DNA of 64,000 nt, from positions 10,354 to 74,353 of the forward strand of contig JAIXWP010000103.1 of NCBI GenBank assembly GCA_027491215.1, in the 5' to 3' direction. The first letter of the stretch is position 1; the number at the start of each line of letters is the position of its first letter. Source of the stretch: Flavobacteriales bacterium (GTDB taxonomy: Bacteria > Bacteroidota > Bacteroidia > Flavobacteriales_D > Sanyastnellaceae). The notes under the pieces are model-generated. The model had not been told where the DNA came from. It was given only the letters and a program-made list of their open reading frames with translations, and searched no databases. Shown piece after piece: positions 9,533 to 18,680 of this stretch. The position numbers and the translations under genes were made by a program.

Positions 9533-12500
9533 TTATCTCAAAATAGTAATCGTACCTTCTCTTTCGATAACATTTCCTCTAACACCTTGAGCTTTCATCT
9601 GATACAAATAGACACCATCTTGAATGAAATAATCCCCTGATTTATGGCTTCCATCCCAGACGTCATTAATGTCCTTACTTTGATAAACTACATCTCCCCA
9701 TCGATTGAATACGATAATTTCGAACCATGCAATATCATGACCTTCTGCTCTCCAGAAGTCATTTGTTCCATCCATATCAGGAGTGAAAGCATTGGGCAAG
9801 TATAAGTTGCCAACAGGATAATAAGTCCCTGATGAAGTTTTGATACAGCCTAAGTCACTTTCCACTAGTAATTCCACAATCCATTCATCGGTAGTATTGA
9901 ATTCGTGTATTACAGGATTATCATTCGAGCTTGTTCCGTCACTGAAATACCATGTACTATTTGCCACATGTTCACTTACGTTTTCAAAAATCATTGCATC
10001 TTCCCCTGCATATTCGGCAGTAAAGATTGGTTCAACATTATCGACCATTACACTCACCGTGCTAACAGCCATATTGCCACACTGATCAATTGCTTGGAAT
10101 GTATATGAGGTAGACTCAGAGGGCTGAACAGTGAGATTAAGTGCTGCCACCTCTGGGTTTTGCCATTCATAAATATAGTTTCCTATACCACCTGAGATTT
10201 GAGCCGTTAGGATAATATTTTCACCAGTACAAACAACAGTATCATTCGATAAAACCAATGAAACAGGGACTGCAGGAATATAAATATTCAATTGATCCGT
10301 GGCTGTGTTTCCGCACTGATCTTCTACAATGACTTGAACGGAACTTTGATCTTGAGAACCGACATTTACTGTAGAATTACCGCTAAATGGATCGCCGTCC
10401 TGAGACCATGTATAATCGTAGGTTCCAACACCTCCCGAGGCATTGGCCGTGATAGGAGCGGTTTCAATACATGTAAGCGAAAGGTCATTACCGAGGCTCA
10501 CAGATATCGGCACAGCTGGGACATTGAGTACCATTTGGTCATTACCGCTATTTCCACAAAGATCAGAAACCACCAGGTTTATAGTGCTAGCTGTACTTGC
10601 TTGAAAAATTTCTGTCGCTCCAGTACCTGCGAATATGCCGTCTTGATCCCAATCATATGAATAAGCGCCTACTCCTCCGGAAATGTTCGGTATAACTTCC
10701 GCTTGGTCGAGACATGTAACATTCAAATTAGGACCGAGGTTGACAATGATTGGCACAGGAATTATTTCTACTTCAATATTTAAGTTACTTGTATTCCCAC
10801 ATTCATCCTCAGCAGACACTTGCACCCATTGGTCGCTATCGAATGTTGCAGTTAGATCGGCAGTATTTCCGAGCGATCCAGTAACATCAGTCCATGTATA
10901 TGTATAATTACCAACACCGCCAGATATTTGTGGTGAAATGGTCACTTCCTCTGTGCAAGGCACTGGGTAGGGCGATTGCCAATCAATTGCCACGTTTACT
11001 TGAGGAATATTGAACTGAACAAAATCAGTTGCGCTTGAGCCACATTCATCTGTTATTTCAAGGGCTATTGTTAGGGGAATACCCGTTTGCACATCGAGTG
11101 TTTGTGCTGTTGAAAGAACGGCGTTTTGATCAGACCATTCATAGCTCAGCATTCCAAAGCCCCCTCCCACTGTGGGGTTAATGGTGGTAAGATCCAAACA
11201 ATTTACACTTAAATCAGGCCCGAGATAAACGGTTACAGGATCAACAATTTGCATGAACACTTCTGCTACACCTTCGAATGGAGTTACCCCGCAAGTATCT
11301 GTAACAATAAAATCATAAAGTGTAGTTGCATTTGGACTGACTGTGATTGAATTTCCTAAGCCAATTGTATTCCAATTGATAGCGTAATAACCAATTCCTC
11401 CTGTGACCACAGGTGTAAGGACCGCAGATCCTCCACAGGTAATTTCCACATAAGGTGAAGTGACTTGTAATTCTGGCAAATCATTAATTTCTATATCAAA
11501 AGTTGTTGAAGTATTACCCGCACAGCCACCGACATCAAGAGTAACTTGGAGCAACTCCAATCCTTCGAATGTGTTATCCTGAATAGCAGTAATTGGTATG
11601 GCTACTTCATCTTCGAATGGCGGGAACGTTATCGTTGCTGGTATTGGCTCAATATCTACTCCGTTCTGTGCAGTTCCTGAGAGCATCACGTCGTAAGTTG
11701 CGGCTGTTGAAATACCCGCCGGTCTTGTCAAATAAAGATATCCTGTTTGGCAGCCTTCGTACAATCCATTTGCTGCTGGACTAAGGTTAGCAGGAGCAGT
11801 GAATGTTAATGCAACCTGATTACTTTGAAAGCTACCTGCTTGAAGAAATACAAATGAGTCATAAGATGTATCTGAAGTTCCTGCGTCAGCTATAGCAATT
11901 TTAATATGATATGTTTGTCCGCAAACAACGTTAGCACGTGCAGTCATTAACGTGGTAAATCCATCACATTGGATTTGATTCGCGGTTGAGTTGAATGAGT
12001 TCAAATTATTGATATAGTACTGACAATTGGTGCACGGACCAGCAGCTCCTGTACCGTTATTGATATTATTAATGGTAATTGGAGTGGTTGAATTGGGCAC
12101 AAGCGCAATGTTAGCAGCATTGTTCAGATAAGGACCCGTGATGCCTGGGCCACTAAGAAAAAAGCCAAAAGCATCATTGAAGCTAGAACCTGAAAACTCG
12201 GGATATTCATCGGAACCAAAAACAAAATTAAACGCGAGACTATCTCCTGTTGGAATGAAATCAAACTCCAAAATTGCAGCATCATTCAAAGGATTTCCGC
12301 TGAGTTCGAAAAGATCTGGATCAGAAGCACCGATACCAGCAGCTGGTCCACTTGAAAATGTTCCGCTTGTATTTGGACCTGCGGATCCATTGACATTGCC
12401 AGATCCTAATACGAGACCATTGGCAATTCCCAGATTACATCCATTGCAAGTGAAACCACCTATTTGATCAACGTTTCCTGAGAATGTAATATTACTAGCG

Positions 12501-12658
12501 GTAACGCCAGCTCCAAGCAACACCGTTTGAACCCCATCTAGAGCATTTACGGCATTATTAATTACTAATTGCGAAAATGATATGTTTGGAAACAAGAAAA
12601 GTGCGAACAGAATAGTGCCCGTAAAGTGTCGGGAGAATCGACATTTTTTTGGTTTCAT
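9533..12658 (-). CDS. large choice-of-anchor-L domain adhesin-like protein with tandem Ig/SprB-like modules and a T9SS type-B C-terminal sorting domain
   Basis: 1041 aa with a signal peptide. The N-terminal domain has AILEFDF...FGSDEY...FGFFLSGPGITG...YHIKIAIADAG. Six ~80-aa modules follow. The C-terminus LPNAFTPDMDGTNDFW...VFNRWGDVVY...DGVYLY is the type-B CTD. Confidence 0.7.
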   Translation of the reverse strand: MKPKKCRFSRHFTGTILFALFLFPNISFSQLVINNAVNALDGVQTVLLGAGVTASNITFSGNVDQIGGFTCNGCNLGIANGLVLGSGNVNGSAGPNTSGTFSSGPAAGIGASDPDLFELSGNPLNDAAILEFDFIPTGDSLAFNFVFGSDEYPEFSGSSFNDAFGFFLSGPGITGPYLNNAANIALVPNSTTPITINNINNGTGAAGPCTNCQYYINNLNSFNSTANQIQCDGFTTLMTARANVVCGQTYHIKIAIADAGTSDTSYDSFVFLQAGSFQSNQVALTFTAPANLSPAANGLYEGCQTGYLYLTRPAGISTAATYDVMLSGTAQNGVDIEPIPATITFPPFEDEVAIPITAIQDNTFEGLELLQVTLDVGGCAGNTSTTFDIEINDLPELQVTSPYVEITCGGSAVLTPVVTGGIGYYAINWNTIGLGNSITVSPNATTLYDFIVTDTCGVTPFEGVAEVFMQIVDPVTVYLGPDLSVNCLDLTTINPTVGGGFGMLSYEWSDQNAVLSTAQTLDVQTGIPLTIALEITDECGSSATDFVQFNIPQVNVAIDWQSPYPVPCTEEVTISPQISGGVGNYTYTWTDVTGSLGNTADLTATFDSDQWVQVSAEDECGNTSNLNIEVEIIPVPIIVNLGPNLNVTCLDQAEVIPNISGGVGAYSYDWDQDGIFAGTGATEIFQASTASTINLVVSDLCGNSGNDQMVLNVPAVPISVSLGNDLSLTCIETAPITANASGGVGTYDYTWSQDGDPFSGNSTVNVGSQDQSSVQVIVEDQCGNTATDQLNIYIPAVPVSLVLSNDTVVCTGENIILTAQISGGIGNYIYEWQNPEVAALNLTVQPSESTSYTFQAIDQCGNMAVSTVSVMVDNVEPIFTAEYAGEDAMIFENVSEHVANSTWYFSDGTSSNDNPVIHEFNTTDEWIVELLVESDLGCIKTSSGTYYPVGNLYLPNAFTPDMDGTNDFWRAEGHDIAWFEIIVFNRWGDVVYQSKDINDVWDGSHKSGDYFIQDGVYLYQMKAQGVRGNVIEREGTITILR
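10045..11480 (-). repeat. six tandem ~240-bp (~80-aa) coding repeats inside the adhesin-like gene
   Basis: Each module keeps the pattern C-x(~17-19)-(S/T)GG(V/I/F)G-x-Y-x-Y-x-W ... D-x-CG (for example ISGGVGNYTYTW...EDECGN and ASGGVGTYDYTW...EDQCGN). The boundaries are approximate. Confidence 0.7.
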
Positions 12659-12764
12659 AATAGCTACTTGTTAAGGAATAACACTGCAATATAGGCATTT
12701 ATCTATACTCTACCAAATTATTGAATAATGTGACGAGTGGTGATAATATCAGGAACATCCTGTC

Positions 12765-12772
12765 TACATTTG
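12765..12772 (+). promoter_or_regulatory. Bacteroidota-type -7 promoter box (TAcaTTTG)
   Basis: Exact TAnnTTTG, ending 4 nt before the ATG at 12777. Confidence 0.4.
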
Positions 12773-12776
12773 AATC

Positions 12777-13493
12777 ATGTCAGAGAATATTATTGAAATA
12801 GAAAAATTGACCAAGTGGTACAAGATCGGCGACGAAGTTGTAAAGGCTCTTAATGGAGTTAACCTGAACATCAAGAAGAATGAATACGTTGCCTTGATGG
12901 GCCCTTCCGGATCTGGAAAATCTACATTGATGAATATTCTTGGTTGTCTAGACACACCATCAGCTGGCAAATATTGTCTGAATGGACCTGATGTCGCCAA
13001 GCTTTCCGATAGCCAATTAGCAGAGATTAGAAATAAAGAAATTGGCTTTGTTTTCCAAACATTCAATTTACTTCCTAGGTATTCTGCATTGGAAAATGTA
13101 GCACTTCCATTGGTATATGCGGGTGTGAAAAAAGAAGATCGCAATAAAAAAGCGAAAAAAGTGCTCGAGGAAGTTGGGCTCGGTGATCGAGTAATGCACA
13201 AACCAAATGAACTAAGCGGCGGACAACGCCAAAGAGTAGCAGTTGCCAGAGCACTTGTCAATACTCCAAGCATTATTTTGGCGGATGAGCCAACAGGTAA
13301 CCTCGACACCAAAACGAGTTATGAAATCATGAAATTATTCCAAGACATTCATGATCAAGGAAATACAATTATTGTGGTAACCCACGAAGAAGATATTGCA
13401 CGTCATGCGCATAGAATTGTTCGTCTTAGAGATGGAGTGATTGAAAGTGATGAGAAAAACATACCGACTAAGGTTGTATTTTCGCAGCCTTAA
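12777..13493 (+). CDS. ABC transporter ATP-binding protein (MacB/LolD-type)
   Basis: 238 aa. Walker [10 protein letters not shown], signature [15 protein letters not shown], Walker [13 protein letters not shown]. The N-terminal pattern is typical of MacB/LolD ATPases. Confidence 0.9.
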   Translation: MSENIIEIEKLTKWYKIGDEVVKALNGVNLNIKKNEYVALMGPSGSGKSTLMNILGCLDTPSAGKYCLNGPDVAKLSDSQLAEIRNKEIGFVFQTFNLLPRYSALENVALPLVYAGVKKEDRNKKAKKVLEEVGLGDRVMHKPNELSGGQRQRVAVARALVNTPSIILADEPTGNLDTKTSYEIMKLFQDIHDQGNTIIVVTHEEDIARHAHRIVRLRDGVIESDEKNIPTKVVFSQP

Positions 13494-13505
13494 TATCGCG
13501 TTGTT

Positions 13506-14939
13506 ATGCCAAAACATCCTAGTATTTTAGAATTATTCAATGACAAGCCTATCGGAACAAATGTTCTTGTAAAAGGTTGGGTGCGCACATTTAGAAATGA
13601 TCAGTTCATTACTGTCACTGACGGTTCAACTATAAAGACCCTTCAAATCGTAATCAAAAAAGAAGAGCACGACGAGGAGAAACTAAAGAAAATTCAAACG
13701 GGCGCGTGCATTAGCGCAAAAGGTCTTTTGGAAAAAAGCCTCGGAAAAGGACAAGACATCGAATTAATTTGTGAGGAGCTAGTCATTTTAGGTGAAAGCG
13801 ATCCAAATGAATTCCCCATTCAGATGAAACGCCATACGATGGAGTTTCTTCGCGAAAAGGCGCACTTGCGTTTCCGCACCAATACTTTCGGTTCCGTTTT
13901 CCGTATTCGTCACCACTTAGCCTTCGCTGTCCATAAATTCTTCAACGACCGTGGATTCTTCAACCTGCACTCTCCAATCATTACAGGAAGTGATGCAGAA
14001 GGTGCTGGCGAAATGTTTAAAGTAACCACTCTCGACATTCAAAATCCACCAAGAACTGAAAATGGCGAAGTGGATCTTTCACAAGATTTCTTTGGAAAAC
14101 CAACCAATCTAACCGTAAGTGGTCAGCTTGAAGCAGAACTTGCTGCGCTCGCTCTGGGTAAGGTTTATACGTTTGGTCCAACATTCAGAGCTGAAAACTC
14201 AAATACTAGCCGTCACCTTGCAGAATTCTGGATGATAGAACCAGAAGTCGCATTCAACGACATATTTGACAACATGGATCTAGCTGAAGAATTTCTTCAG
14301 TTCTGTATCAAATATGCCTTAGAGAACTGCAGAGAAGACCTAGAATTTTTGCAAGAAAGAGAAGCGAATGAGGATAAACTAAAGCCTGTTGATGACAGAC
14401 AGAGCATGCCTCTCATTCAACGTCTAGAATTTGTGACAAACAATAAATTCGAAAGAATTACATATTCAGAAGCTATCGATATTTTACTCAATAGCAATCA
14501 CTACAAGAAGAAGAAATTTAAATTTAATGTGGAATGGGGAATTGATCTACAAAGCGAGCATGAACGCTACTTGGTAGAAAAACATTTCCAAAAACCAGTT
14601 ATCATCACGGGTTATCCGGCAGCTATTAAGGCCTTCTACATGCGAATGAATGAAGACGGAAAAACAGTGGCTGCAATGGACATTCTCGTGCCAGGAATTG
14701 GAGAAATCATTGGGGGTAGTCAACGCGAAGAAAGACTTGAAAACCTGATTGCAAAATGCGAACAGTTTAATATTCCACAAGACCATTTATGGTGGTATCT
14801 CGAAACACGAAAATTCGGAACATGCGAGCACGCCGGTTTTGGTCTAGGTTTTGAAAGACTCATCATGTACGTTACAGGAATGCAAAACATCAGAGATGTG
14901 ATACCGTTCCCACGTACGCCGCAAAACGCAGAGTTCTAA
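13506..14939 (+). CDS. asnS: asparagine--tRNA ligase
   Basis: 477 aa. It carries the class IIb motif [21 protein letters not shown], an N-terminal OB-fold and a C-terminal GFGLGFERL. Confidence 0.95.
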   Translation: MPKHPSILELFNDKPIGTNVLVKGWVRTFRNDQFITVTDGSTIKTLQIVIKKEEHDEEKLKKIQTGACISAKGLLEKSLGKGQDIELICEELVILGESDPNEFPIQMKRHTMEFLREKAHLRFRTNTFGSVFRIRHHLAFAVHKFFNDRGFFNLHSPIITGSDAEGAGEMFKVTTLDIQNPPRTENGEVDLSQDFFGKPTNLTVSGQLEAELAALALGKVYTFGPTFRAENSNTSRHLAEFWMIEPEVAFNDIFDNMDLAEEFLQFCIKYALENCREDLEFLQEREANEDKLKPVDDRQSMPLIQRLEFVTNNKFERITYSEAIDILLNSNHYKKKKFKFNVEWGIDLQSEHERYLVEKHFQKPVIITGYPAAIKAFYMRMNEDGKTVAAMDILVPGIGEIIGGSQREERLENLIAKCEQFNIPQDHLWWYLETRKFGTCEHAGFGLGFERLIMYVTGMQNIRDVIPFPRTPQNAEF

Positions 14940-14949
14940 TCGAAACCAT

Positions 14950-14957
14950 TATCTTTG
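14950..14957 (+). promoter_or_regulatory. Bacteroidota-type -7 promoter box (TAtcTTTG)
   Basis: Exact TAnnTTTG, ending 7 nt before the rpoN ATG at 14965. Confidence 0.4.
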
Positions 14958-14964
14958 TTAAGTC

Positions 14965-16428
14965 ATGTTGAAGCAAACCTTACAACAAAAATTACAGCAG
15001 AAGTTATCTCCTCAACAAATTCAGTTGATGAAGATGCTTCAGATTCCAACCATGGAATTGGAGCAACGCATCAAAGAAGAAATGGAGATCAATCCTGCTT
15101 TGGAAGAAGGTATGGATGAAGAGGTAAACGACGATGCAAAGACGATGGAGGAAACTGAAGCCGAAATCGAAGCTGATAATTCAAAAGACAGTGAAGATTT
15201 TGATTTGCGAGACTACATCGACGAAGACGACATACCTGAGTATAAGCTATACACAAACAACTATAGTAGTGATGATGAAGATCGCCAAAGCCCTCTGGGC
15301 GCTGGTGGCTCATTTCAAGATGCACTCTTCTCTCAATTAGGTCTGCGCGACCTCGCTGAAAAAGAAATTCAGTTGGCAGAATATCTGATTGGAAATCTTG
15401 ATGAATCAGGCTATTTGAGAAGAGAACTCCCATCGATTGTAAACGATCTAGCCTTCACTTCTAATATTTCCTCAACTGTTGAAGAATTACAAGGTGTGCT
15501 TGACATCATTCAAGACCTGGATCCAGCAGGAGTTGGTGCGAGAGATTTAAAAGAATGTCTTTTAATTCAAATTAGAAGAGTTGAAGAAAAAGATGAGGAT
15601 GTAGATCTTGCTGAAGTGATCATCTCAAAATATTTTGATGAGTTCACAAAGAAGCACTACGAAAAAATTGCGAAAAAACTAGAGTTAGAAGATTCTGAAT
15701 TGAAGCCTGCTATCGACTTCATTCTTCATTTGAATCCAAAGCCTGGTAATAGCATGATGGAGTCGTCTCGTACCATCCAGCACGTGACCCCAGACTTTTT
15801 ATTGACGGTTGAAAATGATGAATTGAAACTCACATTGAATAGCCGTAATGCTCCAGAGTTGAAGATTAGCAGAGAGTACAAAGAAATGCTTCACCACTAT
15901 TCGAAGACTAAGACCGTAGAACAAAAGGATAAAGACGCCATGATGTTTGTCAAGCAAAAGATTGACAGTGCAAAATGGTTTATAGACGCCATTAATCAAC
16001 GAAATCAAACGCTGCTATTTTGTATGCAAGCTATCGTTGATTATCAAAAAGAATTTTTCTTGAGTGGAGATGAAACGAAACTCAAGCCAATGATTTTAAA
16101 GGATATTGCTGATCGCGTTTTGATGGATATCAGCACTATCAGCCGTGTAGCAAATAGTAAATATATTCAGACGCCATACGGCACCTTCTTATTGAAATTC
16201 TTCTTCTCAGAAAGTCTATCAACAGATGAAGGAGAAGAGGTTTCATCAAGAGAAGTGAAGAAGATTTTAAAAGATGCTATTGAAGCGGAACAAAAGCGCA
16301 AGCCATTGACCGATGAGAAGCTAGGTAAATTATTAAATGCAAAAGGATATAATATTGCGCGCCGCACTGTAGCTAAGTACCGCGAACAATTAGGAATTCC
16401 TGTAGCCAGACTCAGAAAGGAATTATGA
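14965..16428 (+). CDS. rpoN: RNA polymerase sigma-54 factor
   Basis: 487 aa. Gln/Leu-rich region I (LKQTLQQKLQQKLSPQQIQ), an acidic region II, and a C-terminal RpoN box ARRTVAKYREQLGIP. Confidence 0.95.
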   Translation: MLKQTLQQKLQQKLSPQQIQLMKMLQIPTMELEQRIKEEMEINPALEEGMDEEVNDDAKTMEETEAEIEADNSKDSEDFDLRDYIDEDDIPEYKLYTNNYSSDDEDRQSPLGAGGSFQDALFSQLGLRDLAEKEIQLAEYLIGNLDESGYLRRELPSIVNDLAFTSNISSTVEELQGVLDIIQDLDPAGVGARDLKECLLIQIRRVEEKDEDVDLAEVIISKYFDEFTKKHYEKIAKKLELEDSELKPAIDFILHLNPKPGNSMMESSRTIQHVTPDFLLTVENDELKLTLNSRNAPELKISREYKEMLHHYSKTKTVEQKDKDAMMFVKQKIDSAKWFIDAINQRNQTLLFCMQAIVDYQKEFFLSGDETKLKPMILKDIADRVLMDISTISRVANSKYIQTPYGTFLLKFFFSESLSTDEGEEVSSREVKKILKDAIEAEQKRKPLTDEKLGKLLNAKGYNIARRTVAKYREQLGIPVARLRKEL

Positions 16429-17042
16429 TTATTCGCTTAGCCAAAATTTTATCTCTCATATTTCATCCACTTTGGATGCCATTGATTATTTACATTTTGG
16501 TTAGATGGCTCGATCCATATTACATCGCTCCAACACAAGCAGATAACTTTGTACTACTGCTTTTGATTGTAAATATCATTGCACCCGCCGTTTCGATTCT
16601 CATAATGATAAAATACGGTTTGCTCAGCGATATTGAATTGCGCAATCGAAAAGAGCGTTTTGGCCCATATCTTTTGGTTATTTTCTATTACATCTTGAGC
16701 TACACCATGCTCAAATGGAAAGGTCCTATTCTTCCTCCTGAAGTATTTAGTTTCTTCGTTTCAGTGATTCTTTCTTTGGTTGTTTCACTCACGATAAACA
16801 TGTTTTGGAAAATATCGGTGCATCTTCTTGCGCAAGGCGGAGTATTCGGAACATTGCTGGCCTTGAACTCGCTTCATAAATCAGACATAACAGTCTTCCT
16901 TATGCTATCTGCCATTGGTGCTGGTTTGACGGCCTATTCACGACTAAAATTAGAAGCGCATACTCATGGACAAGTCTATGCAGGATTCTGCTTAGGCGCT
17001 TGCATGAACTGGCTAGTGATTAGCCAGAAGTTTATGATCTGA
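16425..17042 (+). CDS. polytopic membrane protein, divergent PAP2-superfamily-like
   Basis: 205 aa with about 6 hydrophobic helices. KISVH and SRLKLEAHTHGQ resemble the PAP2 C2/C3 motifs (S-x-H; S-R-x5-H-x3-D/Q). ATGA overlap with the rpoN stop. The functional call is weak. Confidence 0.35.
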   Translation: MIIRLAKILSLIFHPLWMPLIIYILVRWLDPYYIAPTQADNFVLLLLIVNIIAPAVSILIMIKYGLLSDIELRNRKERFGPYLLVIFYYILSYTMLKWKGPILPPEVFSFFVSVILSLVVSLTINMFWKISVHLLAQGGVFGTLLALNSLHKSDITVFLMLSAIGAGLTAYSRLKLEAHTHGQVYAGFCLGACMNWLVISQKFMI

Positions 17043-18057
17043 TTTGTTCTTTTGCTTGTAGTTGTTTTTCCCAATTCCAAGCATCTCGGAGACCTTCCTC
17101 AATTCCTAGTTTCGTTTTCCAACCGAGCAAACGTTCGGCTTTATCGACATTCGCCCAAATTTGTTCCACATCCCCACTTCTTCTTGGGCCTATTTTATAA
17201 TTGAGACCTTCGCCAGTTAAGGCTTCAAATGCTTTGACAACCTCGAGCACAGAATTACCTCTTCCTTGACCGAGATTGAAAATCTCGAATGTAGTATTGG
17301 CATTCATCAGCCATTCAAGCGCTGCAAGGTGAGCTTTAGCGAGATCTACAACATGTATGAAATCACGAATGCACGAACCATCAGGCGTAGAATAATCGGT
17401 GCCGAAAACAGTAAGAGTATCTCTCTTTCCAATGGCCGTCTGCGTTATAAAAGGAACGAGGTTATTGGGAACACCATTCGGAAGTTCACCAATAATACCA
17501 GTTGGATGAGCACCTATCGGGTTAAAGTATCGAAGAATTGCAGACTTCAGAGCAACTTTAGAATGACAAACATCCTTTATCATTTGCTCACAAACCACTT
17601 TCGTATAGCCATATGGTGAAGCAGCGTTCTTATCAGGACTTTCTTCTGTAACTGGCAACTGTTCAGGTTGGCCATATACAGTGCAAGAACTAGAGAAAAC
17701 AAGATTATGCATATCGAACTCTGCCATAATCTCTAGCAAGATGGCCAAGGAACCAATATTGTTGGAGTAGTACTCCAACGGTTTATCTACAGACTCCCCA
17801 ACTGCTTTAAATGCAGCAAAGTGAATAACAGCTTCTGGCTTCTCAATCTCAAAAACCTGACGAAGCGCTTCCCTATTTCTACAATCAATTTCATAAAAAT
17901 TTGGAACCTTTCCAGATATCTCCCGTATCCCGTCCAAAACAGAGATATTCGAATTAGACAGATTATCTACGATTACAGGGTCATACCCCGATTGAATCAA
18001 TTCAATAACGGTATGCGAGCCAATAAAACCGGTTCCACCTGTAACAAGGATTTTCAT
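17032..18057 (-). CDS. galE: UDP-glucose 4-epimerase
   Basis: 341 aa. N-terminal Rossmann motif VTGGTGFIGSH, catalytic SPYGYTK (Y-x-x-x-K), RYFNPIGAH. Confidence 0.9.
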   Translation of the reverse strand: MKILVTGGTGFIGSHTVIELIQSGYDPVIVDNLSNSNISVLDGIREISGKVPNFYEIDCRNREALRQVFEIEKPEAVIHFAAFKAVGESVDKPLEYYSNNIGSLAILLEIMAEFDMHNLVFSSSCTVYGQPEQLPVTEESPDKNAASPYGYTKVVCEQMIKDVCHSKVALKSAILRYFNPIGAHPTGIIGELPNGVPNNLVPFITQTAIGKRDTLTVFGTDYSTPDGSCIRDFIHVVDLAKAHLAALEWLMNANTTFEIFNLGQGRGNSVLEVVKAFEALTGEGLNYKIGPRRSGDVEQIWANVDKAERLLGWKTKLGIEEGLRDAWNWEKQLQAKEQIRS

Positions 18058-18179
18058 ACAAGGAGTTAATTTCTGATAAGGCCAACAAAAATAGGCAATT
18101 CAAAACTTTTTTTTACAAAAATGAAACCTTTGAAATGAATAAGCAGTAATAAAGCCTCAGACTAACCTAACCTAACAAC

Positions 18180-18545
18180 ATGAACACATCAATGACTTCG
18201 CCAAGGTACGACTTGTCGTATCTGAACCAGGTCTTTCAGGGGAATCGCGAGATGATCGATAACATCATTACGCTCTTTCTTCAGCAAGTACCTGAATATA
18301 TACGTGAAATGGAGGAATGCGTCAAAAAGAACGAACCTCTCTCACTACATCCTCTTGCGCACAAAGCCAAGTCTTCTATTTCTATGCTTGGCATTAAGGA
18401 TATGGAATCTGACATCTTACGCATTGAGAATGACAGCAAGCATTTACGAAATTTAGATGAGCTGCCGAATTTAGTTCACAGGGTAAAAGAGAATTGCCAA
18501 ATTGTGTACTACCAGCTCCAACAGCAATTGCAGCGCGCATCCTAA
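18180..18545 (+). CDS. stand-alone Hpt (histidine phosphotransfer) domain protein
   Basis: 121 aa, helical. The phospho-accepting motif region is LHPLAHKAKSSISMLG (H-x-x-K-G/S-S). Confidence 0.7.
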   Translation: MNTSMTSPRYDLSYLNQVFQGNREMIDNIITLFLQQVPEYIREMEECVKKNEPLSLHPLAHKAKSSISMLGIKDMESDILRIENDSKHLRNLDELPNLVHRVKENCQIVYYQLQQQLQRAS

Positions 18546-18577
18546 GCGTGCATGTATAAACGATATAGGGTGGAGGG

Positions 18578-18618
18578 CCGCTCTCGGTAAGAACTAGTTT
18601 CTGAAGAGGGCGGTTTTT
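18578..18618 (+). terminator. possible rho-independent terminator after the Hpt gene
   Basis: Imperfect GC-rich stem (CCGCTCT ... AGAGGGCGG) with a long loop, followed by TTTTTCTATTT. Weak. Confidence 0.3.
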
Positions 18619-18680
18619 CTATTTAAAAATGTTGCTACCTTGCCCCCGAATCCTTGCTAGTTGAATGTGACTTATCTAAT

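Noticed and set aside
10292-12467. Plus-strand ORFs of 109-122 aa (10292-10660 and 12138-12467) inside the large adhesin-like gene.
   Set aside because: They are antisense to a 1041-aa ORF with a coherent domain architecture. Their translations have no signal or motif and an odd composition, so they are most likely frame noise.
12764-13312. A 182-aa ORF antisense to the MacB-type ABC ATPase gene.
   Set aside because: It lies fully inside, and opposite to, a gene with clear Walker A, signature and Walker B motifs. Its translation is low-complexity (Ser/Pro/Leu-rich) with no motif. Long antisense ORFs are a known artefact of ABC ATPase codon composition.
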